A stretch of DNA of 64,000 bases, from the NCBI GenBank assembly GCA_950097015.1, contig CATNEN010000012.1, positions 2,356,001-2,420,000 on the forward strand, read 5' to 3'. The notes beneath the pieces are model-generated. The model saw only the letters and a list, made by a program, of their open reading frames with translations. It ran no database searches and had not been told where the DNA came from. The translations under genes and the position numbers were made by a program. Source of the DNA: Macrostomum hystrix (taxonomy: Eukaryota > Animalia > Platyhelminthes). Shown piece after piece: positions 37,100 through 49,493 of the stretch (positions within the stretch are counted from its first letter, which is position 1; every line of letters begins with the position of its first letter).

Positions 37100-37559
37100 C
37101 GAACTGACCAGCAGTTTCTATAATTCTCAGAAGTGCCACTTTCATAGTTATACTAATGCTTTATGAATTGCAAACTGAAATTTGTAAATTGTCACAAACT
37201 AGTCTGCTAATTGAGCAGCAGCTTGAGGCTCGGTAAATAAACTCAGCTGGTGTTTTCTGGCTAATCGTCAGAGATTTGAAAAAAATAATATAAATAATTC
37301 GACTGCCCGCGCGTTTCCGTTTCTGGACAGGCTAAACTTGGCACGAAGCTGGGGAAGAGTCACGATTTAGCTAATCTGGACTCGGATTATGACTTTTTTC
37401 TGGCTCAATAATCACTTTAATCACCTTTTCATGGGGGCGTTAATTTTATAGACATCAGAAAAGTGAATATGAGGAAGGAAAATATATATCCAGAAGTTTA
37501 CAGTTTAAATATCAAATCTATTTGGTCTACCATATATCTGATGCTAGCTATAGAAGTCC

Positions 37560-37800
37560 ATGGTAACCGCAATCAGAGAAATTATGCGCTTTTGAACACT
37601 CTCTCCACGTTCCCTTTGATTGGCTGTTGAGTCATCCTCAATTACCCCAGCTAATGCTGGTACCCATTTAACAGCTGGGTGAACTGAAGCAATGCAGATG
37701 CAAGTGGTCTCGGTAGAGGAAACAAATTGTTCCAGTGGAGTCTGGAATCGAACCCCCGACCTTCAAGTCGTGAGTCCGCCTGGCAACACCTGGCAAATGA
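37560..37800 (-). mobile_element. tRNA-derived SINE-like element
   Basis: Minus strand has box B GGGTTCGATTCC (plus 37744-37755) followed by TTCACCCAGCTGTTAAATGGGTACC, a motif I recall from conserved central domains of invertebrate SINEs. Boundaries approximate. Confidence 0.6.
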
Positions 37801-38489
37801 AAGAATTCAAGATTTTCATTTTTTCTTAGTGTTCAGCGACAATATGCAGCGAGACACGGCCTCAGTAAAAATGTGCGCCCATCTACACGGGATTTCATTT
37901 GACACCCTATTATATTATTCCTCCATCGTCTAACAACCCTGATTGGGATTTTGGAAAATAATATCACTATGGGGATGAGCCTAGTGGACTGGCGTGCAAT
38001 CCTCATGCATTTTTCAGCATTTCTGAGAGATAGCTGAGTGAGGGACTGACAGGCGCCGCATGGTGTCAGGCCGTTCCCCTAGCCACCCACCCCCTCCGCC
38101 CAGCGAATGGCATGAAATATTCATGGCCGTGCCCTGCCCGATACACCAAAGGCGGGCCCGATTGTAGGAAAAACTGGCATTTTTCAAGGGGATTAGCGAA
38201 CCTGCCAGACCTCTTCCAGGCCGAGGACCCGACTGTGTGACATCGAAAACATATTTTCCTGCCTTTTAAAACCTAGCCTCTCTGTCTCTTAGGCAGCCTG
38301 TGTGTTTGAGTGTCTGCTGCCAAAGATGCAGTCTCTTTGTCGCTTTTTCTAAGAGCTACCATTGCGAATTGAATCTGGCTAGTTCTTATAAATTATTTAT
38401 TACACTAATTGCCTGGCCATGTCAAGTGGCTTATCATGATTTTTTAGATTTGCTTTCTATATATTTATCTGATAGAACAGTTTCTATCA

Positions 38490-38695
38490 GTCTTTATCCA
38501 ACTCTCCAAAAGCTTCTGTCAGTCTTTATCCAACTCTCCATCGGTTTCTATCAGTCTTTATCCAACTCTCCATCGGTTTCTATCAGTCTTTATCCAACTC
38601 TCCATCGGTTTCTATCAGTCTTTTTCCAACTCTCCATCGGTTTCTATCAGTCTTTATCCAACTCTCAATCTGTTTCTATCAGTCTTTATCCAAAC
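38490..38695. repeat. Minisatellite, 32 bp unit TTCTATCAGTCTTTATCCAACTCTCCATCGGT
   Basis: Period 32. Confidence 0.9.
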
Positions 38696-40394
38696 CTTTG
38701 TCCGTTTCTATAATATTTCCGAGTAATTCGTTGAAATATACAATACAATACAATACAATTCACAATACAATACAAATCTGGAGTTCTTTAAAATCTGCAG
38801 TTCGTTAAAAAAGCAAATCGTTAAAACTATAAAACTTATAAACTCCTAAAGTTTTAGAAATATGAATGAAACACAATACAATTTTTTCGTCAAAACCGTA
38901 ATGCTTCTAACTCATAGAAGTTCGTTAAATTCTGCACATCGTTAAAAATTCGTTAACTTGTTTAAGAACTAATATATATGGGAAAATGAAAGCTGTAAAA
39001 TTAAAAAGTGATTGACATTTTTGTATGAAAATTTCACAGTTTCCCAAACTTGGCCATCTGCCAAACAATTTTCTCGAAAAAAACTGTTCTAGAATCTTCA
39101 GGGACTTCAGAAAATAAATCTGGACAATTCAATCTTTGTTAGTTGCCGTGTAATTTAGTCAGTTTTATTAGCCAAATTATCATTGTCCAAACTTATTAGC
39201 TGAGCTTATTAATAATCAATACTGCACGACCGCGGGGTCATTTTCATCTGTCAATCTGCTTTCTCTACTCAGTCGGAGATCCTTCTAAATGAGGAAATTT
39301 TGAAGAAGCCCCATTGATATCAATAGAGGATTCTAGATAGGGTTTAGAATTTTTCCATTCATTAAAAGCGCCCATGTGGCTAGCGAAGGCGGGGGAATGA
39401 AACAGAGGCAGGGCGGTGAGCAGGTTAAGTCTGTCACTCGCTATTACAGGGCCATGAAAAAAGAATACATTATTATTACATATCTAGACTATAGGGAGGG
39501 GGGATTAATCATAAAAGTTTGACAAGCCAGACAAGCGGAGGAGAATTGTATAGACGGTGCTGGTGAGGAGGGGAGGCCGGTCTGGGAGACATACACACGG
39601 AGACACGCTGAGCACATGTTGGCTTATGCGCTTCACATCTGGAACACTTTGCTGGCTCTCTTGACTTCTCCGCGGGATAAATAACAAGACGATTGCTCGG
39701 ATAGATAGGGCGGATGAGATTCTAAGCGAATACCACAGAAAAAAAACTGCTTAAACCCAGGAGAGGATTGTAAACTGCTGGCGACCCACCCCCTCTGTCA
39801 TGTGATGGGGGGCCGATTCGTTTTTTGTGCCTTTTTCTAGAACTTGGGATTCGGGACTTGGTGGGAGCATTTTTTTGGGAGGCTGAAAATTAGCTCTATA
39901 TAGGAATTTCGATGGGACATTTTCCTTGGATGACTGGGAAGACTTTCAGGATGGGAACAGCTGGGGGACAACCATCCCCACCCAGAGAGATGAAAGCTGT
40001 GAGAGGGTTCCCCACCCGCTGGTCCGTTTATTGTTCCCATAGGGCCCCCCCGTAGGGTTGGCTGTGGTGGCCAAAATGTTTTAGGAAAGTATAAGTATAG
40101 TAGTATATTGTAAACTGCGCGCATGTTGAGTCAGTGAGCCCAGTTCACTGTGGCACATAAGCAAGGAGTCTGCTTAGTCTCTTAGGAGCTGTTAAACAGT
40201 TTATGTACCCACAAGCATTTCAGTGTGTTGGATGCGACACACGCAGATCTTGCCTACAGATCGGCCGAAAGTCAATTTCTTCAATGGTCTACTAGGTCGT
40301 GAAGGTCAACATGTCCACAGAGCTTTAAAAGGCTCATAACTTACAGATCCCAAGCTGCGAATAATAAATTTCCCACTCCCCAAATTTCACAGAT

Positions 40395-40542
40395 CCTAAA
40401 TTTCCGACTCCCGAAACTTCCCAGATCCCAAGCTTCCCAGATCCCAAGCTTCCCAGATCCCAAGCTTCCCAGATCCCAAGCTTCCCAGATCCCAAGCTTC
40501 CCAGATCCCAAGCTTCCCAGATCCCAAGCTTCCCAGATCCCA
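40395..40542. repeat. Minisatellite, 16 bp unit TTCCCAGATCCCAAGC
   Basis: Directly visible tandem copies. Confidence 0.9.
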
Positions 40543-41166
40543 CTCACGGATCTCTCTAAAGATGACAGATGCTTAAACTTCCCATCCACTAAACTTCAAA
40601 CATCCCACGCTTCCCAAATTTCCCATCGCTCACGTGAAGGCACCCACCTGCACAGTCAACCTCCGCATTGTTAGCCATGATGTTATGACATTGTTGCTTT
40701 TTTATTAAATTAGGAGAGGGGATAAAAAATGGGCTGGCGTGAAAGAGGAAAAACACATCCCAACTGACTTCCCGATCATAAGGGTAGGTCCCAGGCTTTG
40801 TAGGGGGGGTGGGGTGATTCTGCCCACATCCCCAGCTCAACACTGCTGGCGGTGGTGAAGAGGCGGACACGGCACGGGCCGCCATCAATCAGCTGATGCT
40901 ACTCCCCCAGTATTTTGTATTTCTCCTGGCATATAAATGTCATTCCGTCTAGTTGAAAAAAGACGACAATGTCAGGCCATTAATCTTGTGTTCCGCCAGC
41001 TTCAATTTGCTTTCCTGTCGGCTACTATTGAGTCGATTCTCCGATAAACACTCAGCTATTTGGAATTTGACATTTTAATAATAAAACAATTACTGTTAAG
41101 TATAATTCACGAACAATGCCTACAGAAAACTTTGCGAATCGGCAACTTATTGAGATCTCTTCTTCT

Positions 41167-41386
41167 ATGGCACATCAGTAGGTGACACTAGACCCGCAGC
41201 CTTAGAGGAGGCAACTCTGCATATTTCGCTGACTCCTGAGCACACACGCACACAGATTCTGTACACAGGCACACACTCACACAGGTGTGTACATCTGCCC
41301 TGACTTTCTCATCGTCAGACAGTGTACAATTTTACTGTGCCTTGGAGGTTGGCCCTCAAGGGCCCAAGCCTTCTCTCCGCGGCTGC
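41167..41386. mobile_element. Dispersed ~230 bp repeat, copy 2
   Basis: Same orientation as, and colinear with, 26703-26940. Confidence 0.7.
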
Positions 41387-41489
41387 TCGCCAAATTAATG
41401 TGGCCTCGCCGCAGAATCGAGCTCAGGGACCTTGGTGCGAGAGGCAAACGCGTTAACCACTCAGCTACTCACCACCACTGAATTTTTAA

Positions 41490-42182
41490 GTTTAGGAGTT
41501 TGGGATCTGTGAAGATTAGAGTTTGGGATCTGTGAATTTTAGAGTTAGGGATCTGTGATGTTTAGAGTTTGGGATCTGTGATGTTTAGAGTTTGGGATCT
41601 GTGATGTTTAGAGTTTGGGATCTGTGAAGTTTAGAGTTTGGGATCTGTGAAGTTTAGAGTTAGGGATCTGTGGAGTTTAGAGTTAGGGATCTGTGAAGTT
41701 TAGAGTTTGGGATCTGTGAAGTTAAGAGTTTGGGAGTTTAAAATTAGTGAAGTTTAGAGTTTGGGATCCGTGAAGTTTAGAGTTTGGGATCTGTGAAGTT
41801 TAGAGTTTGGGATCTGTGAAGTTTAGAGTTTGGGATCTGTGAAGTTTAGAGTTTGGGATCTGTGAAGTTTAGAGTTTGGGATCTGTGAAGTTTAGAGTTA
41901 GGGATCTGTGAAGTTTAGAGTTTGGGATCTGTGAAGTTTAGAGTTTGGGATCCGTGAAGTTTAGAGTTTGGGATCTGTGAAGTTTAGAGTTTGGGATCTG
42001 TGAAGTTTAGAGTTTGGGATCTGTGAAGTTTAGAGTTTGGGATCTGTGAAGTTTAGAGTTTGGGATCTGTGAAGTTTAGAGTTTGGGATCTGTGAAGTTT
42101 AGAGTTTGGGATCTGTGAAGTTTAGAGTTTGGGATCTGTGAAGTTTAGAGTTTGGGATCTGTGGAGTTTAGAGTTTGGGATC
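41490..42182. repeat. Minisatellite, 23 bp unit GTTTAGAGTTTGGGATCTGTGAA
   Basis: Period 23. Confidence 0.95.
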
Positions 42183-43159
42183 TAAAAATTTGAGGGCATT
42201 TTTAAGCTTGGGATTCGTGAAGATTAGGCAATTTGAAGCATTCCGTTTGGGGATTTCTAGGAAACTCCAAGATGGTGCCTCACCTCCACTCCAGCACTCC
42301 CACCTCCCAACCTCCCGCTAGCAGCTCCGCTCTCCCACCGCAGTCTATTCCCTTGCTCCTATTTCTCCCATAGCAGCCTCTCTGCGCCCGTGCAGCTGCA
42401 ACAACTGCTGGAAGCGGTCAGCCCCAGTGCGGCAGTACCGCTTGTAGGCAGAAAAATTAATGAGCTACCGCAGCGAGCCACCTAGCCAGTCAGTTAGTTG
42501 GCCCACTCTACTTGGAGAGAGAGAGAGAAGCATGACAGGCAAAAAAGTTCCCCAAAAAGCTATGAAAGCTCTCCCTCAAGGATCCCAGCATGCAGTGTCC
42601 GCTGCGGCTGCAGCTGCCTGCCGACGCTGCCGCCGCTGCCGCCGCCGCCGCTACTCCATCGCTGTTTTGGCCGTGAGAATCGCGCAGCTGTGAAATATTT
42701 ATGCTGGGACAACCAACCCCCTCCTTCTCTACTAACCCACCCCAATGCAACCCGGCCTCCCACCAAGATTAAACAATGCCCCCCTTGCGTCCATCGGCAG
42801 CTGGCTCTCTGGCCCAGGCTCCACCTTTCTGAGCAGCCTCATCAGTCAGCGGCTGTTCTCATCCGTGCCTGCATGAGATCGGCCATTTCATCTGCCATAT
42901 AGTGTGCTGTATATTCAATTAAGAATACGCGCGCACACACACACGAGAGCACAGGTACAGAGGTATGCTGACAAAAGCTAAAAAACTGTTGCATTTTTCC
43001 TTCTTTATATCGGAGGGATTTGCCGATGCGAGAAACTAGGCGGGGGAGGCAATTTATGTTGAAACAGTTTTTGGCCCTGAATGCTCTCCCACTATGGGGA
43101 TTAATCATGCAGGCTTTGCTTCTATACTCAACTGCATTTTAAACTGCACATAAACTACT

Positions 43160-43650
43160 CCTAGATATCTAATCTCTCCTAGATCTCTACTCTCTCCTAT
43201 ATCTCTACCCTCTCCTATATCTCTACTCTCTCCTAGATCTCTACTCTCTCCTAGATCTCTACGCTCTCCTAGATCTCTACTCCCTCCTAGATCTCTACTC
43301 TCTCCTAGATCTCTACTCTCTCCTATATCTCTACTCTCTCCTAGATCTAAACTCTCTCCTAGATCTCTACGCTCTCCTAGATCTCTACTCCCTCCTATAT
43401 CTCTACTCTCTCCTAGATCTAAACTCTCTCCTAGATCTCTACGCTCTCCTAGATCTCTACTCCCTCCTAGATCTCTACTCTCTCCTATATCTCCACTCTC
43501 TCCTATATCTCTACTCTCTCCTATATCTCTACTCTCTCCTATATCTCTACTCTCTCCTATATCTCTACTCCCTCCTAGATCTCTACTCCCTCCTAGATCT
43601 CTACTCTCTCCTAGATCTCCACTCTCTGATAGATCTCTACTCTCTTCTAG
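43160..43650. repeat. Minisatellite, 18 bp unit CTCTCCTAGATCTCTACT
   Basis: Period 18. Confidence 0.93.
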
Positions 43651-44473
43651 ATCTTCTCTCTCCTGATTCCTCAAATGTCAATGCCTTGTCTTTTCTCTTC
43701 TTTTCTAATCTTAAAAAAGCTGAAGACACGCCTCCTAGTACAAATATAGAAAAAGAGTAGGTAATTTCTCTTGCAAACAATACAGCTTAGCCATCAAACC
43801 CATCAGCACCTGTCAGTTTCACAGGGGGTTCAATATTTGATGCGGTCAGGTCCCCTCATGGCACTTGTACAAGTCAAAAGACAATGAAAAATTAAAGAAA
43901 ATTCGTTTCAGGTTAAAGATACGTAAGTTAATTATTTGTCTGCCGCAGGTGCACTGTCAGTGCACAGTTTTATTTTTCGATGCGTTAGAGACACAGATAG
44001 ACACATATTGCTATATAATTTATATATATAAACAAAGAAGACAATATTATTTAAATAGAACTGAGACTGAACTTGCAATCCGATGTGACAACACCAAATC
44101 ATCAGCACAGGATTTCTTAAAAGCAAAAATTAATTGCACAAATGAACACAAAAAACACAATTAACAGAGGTGCGCAAAACAGACTAGAGACAGGACGAAA
44201 AATGGAGTAAATAGAATAACCAAAACTTGCACAAAACTACTAAACATACTAATAAGAATTCTACGTGCAGAATTGTTTTGTTCGAATCATTGCTGGGTGT
44301 TAAAAGCAAACAGACACAGAGGATTAAACAGTACACACAAGCCATAAAAGAACAGGAAATGCAACATGAGAAAATGGACACCAAATTTGTATAGCGCAGG
44401 CGAGCACAGAACGCAACATCGCTCGAATCACAGAGGTCCAAAGTGTCTATGGCCAAATGTGACAGCGCTCTGC

Positions 44474-46081
44474 TCAGGGCGGACTCATTGGAAGCATGCC
44501 GGGCGAGGCGAACTTCATCCGCTTCTGCTTCTGGCGCTGGTTGCAGAACCAGACTCGCACAACGTTCTTCTTCAGGTTGAGCTTCTCGGCAATCTGGGCG
44601 ATCTTCTCGGAGGACGGCCGCGGCTGCACGTGGAAGTAAGCCTCCAGCGAGCGCTTCTCGGCGTCCGTTATCGACGTCCGCTTGCGCTTCTTGTCTAGGC
44701 CGTCGCCGTAGACATCCGGGTTCTTCTGCCGCTCCATGGCGACGTGCTCGGCCTCCTCCAGCCAGGCGTGGAGCACCGGCTTCAGCGCGATCATGTTGTT
44801 GTGGCTCAAGGTCAGCGACTCGAACCGGCAGATGGTGGACTGGGACAGCGAGCCGACGCCGGGCAGTTTCAGGTTGCCGAGAGCCTTGCCAACATCGGCC
44901 TGAGTGACGCCCAGTTTAATGCGCCTCTGTTTGAAGCGCTCGGCGAAGGCTTCGAGTTCGCGCGGATCGTAATCTAATTCGCCGATTGACGGCGTCGGCA
45001 TGTGCAACGGCATGGCGTAGTGATGCTGCTGGCCTTGAGGCGATGCTGGGCTGCCGCAACCGCCCGCCAGGCCCATGTGGGCGTTGGAGTTGATTGCGCC
45101 GGGGGAGGTATTGATTGCGTAGGCGGCTGATGCGGGATAAGCGTAGCCCGCCACAGCCCCCATCGCGTGCAGATGCGACTCGAAGCCGGAGCTGTGGTGC
45201 ATGTCCTGCATGTACAGGGCGTGCTGATGCTGCTGCTGATGCTGCTGCTGCTGCTGCTGTGCATGATGAAGCTGATGTTGATGCTGAGATGCGTGGTGCA
45301 ATAGCTGCTGCTGCTGCTGCTGCTGTTGCTGCTGTTGAAGCTGCTGAGAATGCTGCTGAAGCTGCGGTGGCGGCGGCTGCTGCTGCTGCTGCATCTGCTG
45401 GCTAAGCGTTGGTCGGCATGGAGTCTCGAAGCCGGTAGCGTAATGCAAGCCGTCATGGTGATGCCGCAGGAATGGCACGGTCGGCATGGCGCGCGGCTTG
45501 ATGTCGCCGCTCTCAACCAGATTAGCAGCTCGGACCAGGATGTTCTCATCCAGATTGAATGCGGCAGCCTGTAGTGGTGACCGAGTGGGTTGGCTGAGGA
45601 TGAGTACAGATTTCGAACCTGCCAGTCATCCGTTTCAAATACAAATGATGCATTGATGTCAGGTTTTATGCCAAGTGAAACTGCTCGCCGTTTATAACAA
45701 AAATCCCCCTAAAATAAACACTGTAAGCTTTCTCACGCATCAGTTTCATCTTTCAAATCCACCCCTACTCCTTCACTGGATGCGTTCAAGCTATTTGCCA
45801 ACCGAGCAAACATTGGTAAGCTCGTGTAGGGCAGTGAAGTGAAGCCTTGCTTTGAATCTTTAGGGATCAGAAAGAAGTACAATTTATTCGATGGCGAAAC
45901 TCACCGACGATCCGCACCTCCGCATGGCCTCCCAGGAGTTTCGGTACTGCGCTCCGCCCGCTCCCTGGTACAGGCCGTCCATCATGTCCTGATGATGCGG
46001 GTTGCCAGCCGCTGCCGCGGTCGCCGCCGCAGCCGCAGCCGCTGCCGCGGCCGCAGCAGCCGACTGGCCCCAATCGTCCAT
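44474..46081 (-). CDS. pou4: Canonical POU class IV (Brn-3/UNC-86/Acj6) transcription factor, ~423 aa (exons 46081-45905, 45568-44474)
   Basis: Exon 1 ends SWEAMRRCGSS (cf. EAIRRAC of POU4F), donor GTGAGT. Exon 2 starts AAAFNLDENILVRAANL (POU-IV box), then DPRELEAFAERFKQRRIKLGVTQADVG...SHNNMIALKP and KKRKRTSI...WFCNQRQKQKRMKF. Phase-0 intron 45569-45904. The frame stays open upstream of ATG 46081, so the true start could be further 5'. Confidence 0.96.
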
Positions 46082-46599
46082 AGCGGAGGAGGCGGAGGCT
46101 GGCCAGACGTTGATGCCGCCGCAGCCGGGGCCGCCGACGCCCCTGCCGACGCCACTGCTGCTTCCGCTGCCACTGCTGCTAGTGCTGTTGTTGCGGCTGC
46201 GGCTAGCGTCGCCCCGTTGATGGACGTAGGCGCCGCCGCCGACGACGCCTCCGCCGCCAGCCAGCCTGACGCCGAAGTCGGCCGAATGCGAGTTTGCGAG
46301 CGCCGTGGCTGCTTCAATTGACTGCTCCCTCCAAACTCTCTATTTAAGCAAGACTAATTCCCACCTCTTTCTTTCGCTCGCTTCTCTCAGCAACCCCCCT
46401 GAAGCCTAGAAACGTGGTAACCGCGGCTTTGCAAAGCACAATTACGCCGGGGTCCTTCGGCACAAGTGTTTGTTTGTTTCCGAGCGTTGCCAAACTGGGC
46501 AAAGGTCTGGACAGAACGGGGGGAACAGTACACGGGGTGGTCGCAGGTCAGCAGTCTGGTCCACTGAGTCTACAGCTTCTCCTGTCTGTGCACGCGGCT

Positions 46600-46631
46600 C
46601 AGGTGAATAATTTAGCTGGCTGAATAATTCA
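46600..46631. promoter_or_regulatory. Candidate enhancer: E-box CAGGTG overlapping two POU4-type sites
   Basis: CAGGTG at 46600-46605, TGAATAATTTA at 46604-46614 and TGAATAATTCA at 46621-46631, ~520 bp upstream of the pou4 ATG. Motif match only. Confidence 0.4.
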
Positions 46632-47224
46632 AACTTTCAACACTTTAAATTGAGGGCCAGCTCTTTCTTCAATGCTGCGGAGGTGGGGTGGGGGCGCCGG
46701 ATCAGTGCCCGCCTCTCCTCCGCTCTCGATACCTCCCCACATTCTCCCCCGTTCCCAGATCCCGCAAGAGGTTTGAGTCCGTTCTCATCCCAGTCTGGGA
46801 GCAAATGGCTCCCTGGCTGCCGCCCGCAGGGGGTCAGTTGGGCTAGCCTCCTCGAAGCCGCGGACCAATGAGCGACGCCCTTCGGGTGAAGGGTTTGGGG
46901 ATGCGAGGATGGGGAAGGGTGGGATATTTTCTGCGCCTGTTAGAGCTGAGTCGATTCTCTTGTGGTGTCCAGTCTGGCCCACTTTCCAGCGCGCGAGAAG
47001 AGAGGGGAAAACTGAGGAGAAAATGGGATCAAGCATTCGAGATCCCATTGGGCCAATTTTTGCGGTGTTAAAGGTAGCGGTCAATTGTGTTTGAGCAGCT
47101 GTGTGCCAATAAAGCACGCGCCACTCATGGGTCGTTCAGTTAAACTGAATGCCAAGCGGCTTGTGATTTCACTTCATTTATGAAGGAACCAGCAATGCTC
47201 ATCTTGCAGGAATGATGGGATACC

Positions 47225-47862
47225 GACAATCTTGGGATTAAACGAATGAAGGGGATATTAACAATCTTGGGATTAAACGAATGAAGGGGATATTAACAAT
47301 CTTGGGATTCGAAGAATGAAGGGGATATCAACAATCTTGGGATTCGAAGAATGAAGGGGATATCAACAATCTTGGGATTCGAAGAATGAAGGGGATATTA
47401 ACAATCTTGGGATTCGAAGAATGAAGGGGATATCAACAATCTTGGGATTAAACGAATGAAGGGGATATTAACAATCTTGGGATTCGAAGAATGAAGGGGA
47501 TATTAACAATCTTGGGATTCGAAGAATGAAGGGGATATCAACAATCTTGGGATTCGAAGAATGAAGGGGATATTAACAATCTTGGGATTAAACGAATGAA
47601 GGGGATATTAACAATCTTGGGATTCGAAGAATGAAGGGGATATCAACAATCTTGGGATTCGAAGAATGAAGGGGATATCAACAATCTTGGGATTAAACGA
47701 ATGAAGGGGATATTAACAATCTTGGGATTCGAAGAATGAAGGGGATATCAACAATCTTGGGATTAAACGAATGAAGGGGATATCAACAATCTTGGGATTA
47801 AACGAATGAAGGGGATATTAACAATCTTGGGATTTGACCAATGAAGGGGATATTGACAATCT
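47225..47862. repeat. Minisatellite, 35 bp unit AACAATCTTGGGATTCGAAGAATGAAGGGGATATC (two interleaved variants)
   Basis: Period 35. Confidence 0.95.
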
Positions 47863-48962
47863 TGAAATTCATTCAAACAATTCAATGATTCTCTTGACTT
47901 CATATATCTGATATTTGAGGCTGAGGAGCTAAATGAAAAATTAATTACTCGTATTTATCTACCTACAATGCGATTTTGCTAAGTGGTTCTAAATGTCTTT
48001 CAAAAACAGAACTCCTCCAGCGTCCGGGTTTTGACAGAAAATTGAAAATGAAAGCTGCTATCTGTTTCAAGTGAGACACTCAGCCCAATGCACTTCACAA
48101 GTTAAACAATGTAGAACAATATCAAATGGGGTCGAATTGTCTATACACGTGCCCAATCGATGAAAAGGCCTGTATGCTCACGATATCGGGCTGGACAGCA
48201 GGTATTGTTTAACCTTACCTTGTTGGTGTTGTCAGTTTGATAACCCCGAATCGCAAGAGATTGCATCACCCATCATCTGCTGACAAGATTTTGCCTAGTG
48301 GGACTTGAGCGCAAATATGTGCCATATTAGGCTTGGGAAAGCAAAACACAGTGCGGCCCAACACAGAGTTTAATTAACCCACCAGACTCTTGCCTACCTT
48401 TGCTCCTCTTCATCACCAGGGTTTTGAGTTGTGGTATGGGCTAAGGCTTCAGTTTGAACTATGAAATATTTCTATAAGGCCTAAGTAATCGCGCCGAGAA
48501 TTAATAATTAACAATCTTTTGGGTTCCAGCTAAACAGAGATAACGATTTTCCTCATCTAACTAGCTGGCAAAATCTCCAGTGCGACAGCAATATGAAAGC
48601 AGATATTTTCATAAGCTGTAATATAACAATGCCTGTTATAATACTTCTGTGAAACAAACCTGCACTGCCTCCACTAACCATGAATGCGTGCGTGGTCATT
48701 AATTAAAAAACTGTTTATGAATGAGAAATAAACTTGCCACCGCTCAAACACATCGCTTTTATATAAACACATCGAAACAGAAGGCGGGCGAATCACTTTG
48801 ACAAACAAATGCGAATTGACCCCTCTTAGATGCATTATTAAATTTGTTACCTTGATTTTTAGAAACACAAAGATTAACAATGGAATGGGACACACGGGAA
48901 ATTATGTGCTGGTTAGATCAGAAAGGCAACAATGAAAAGGCTGTATAATATAAACATGTACA

Positions 48963-49335
48963 TGAAGAAGAGTAGATGAGAGGGGCGGAAGAGTAGATGA
49001 GAGGGGCGGAAGAGTAGATGAGAGGGGCGGAAGAGTAGATGAGAGGGGCGGAAGAGTAGATGAGAGGGGCGGAAGAGTAGATGAGAGGGGCGAAAGATTA
49101 GATGAGAGGGGCGGAAGAGTAGATGAGATGGGCGGAAGAGTAGATGAGAGGGGCGGAAGAGTAGATGAGAGGGGCGGAAGAGTAGATGTGAGGGGGGGGT
49201 AAGAGTAGATGAGATGGGCGGAAGAGTAGATGAGAGGGGCGGAAGAGTAGATGAGAGGGGCGGAAGAGTAAATGAGAGGGGCGAAAGAGTACAAGTGAGG
49301 GGCGGAAGAGCAGATGATAGGGGCGGAAGAGCGGA
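48963..49335. repeat. Minisatellite, 21 bp unit GAAGAGTAGATGAGAGGGGCG
   Basis: Period 21; lies just 3' of GNB1L. Confidence 0.93.
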
Positions 49336-49493
49336 CAAAAGTAGCGGAAGAGGATAATATCCGCGGAAGAGCAGATAAAAGAGGAAGAGCGAAGAAGTTA
49401 AAAGAAAGAAACCATTTGAAAATAGTTATATCAAAACTCAAGCAAAGTTCGTATCGCGGTTCGAATTCAGAAATGCAGCGCCAAGAACAAGTC

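Noticed and set aside
37744-37795. tRNA gene
   Set aside because: Only a T-arm/box B-like segment is present. There is no complete cloverleaf, and it continues into a SINE-like body.
28566-43098. Recurring CACTATGGGGA at ~28568, ~37966 and ~43088
   Set aside because: An 11-bp match with unrelated flanks. It may be a TE terminus, but no partner end or TSD could be found.
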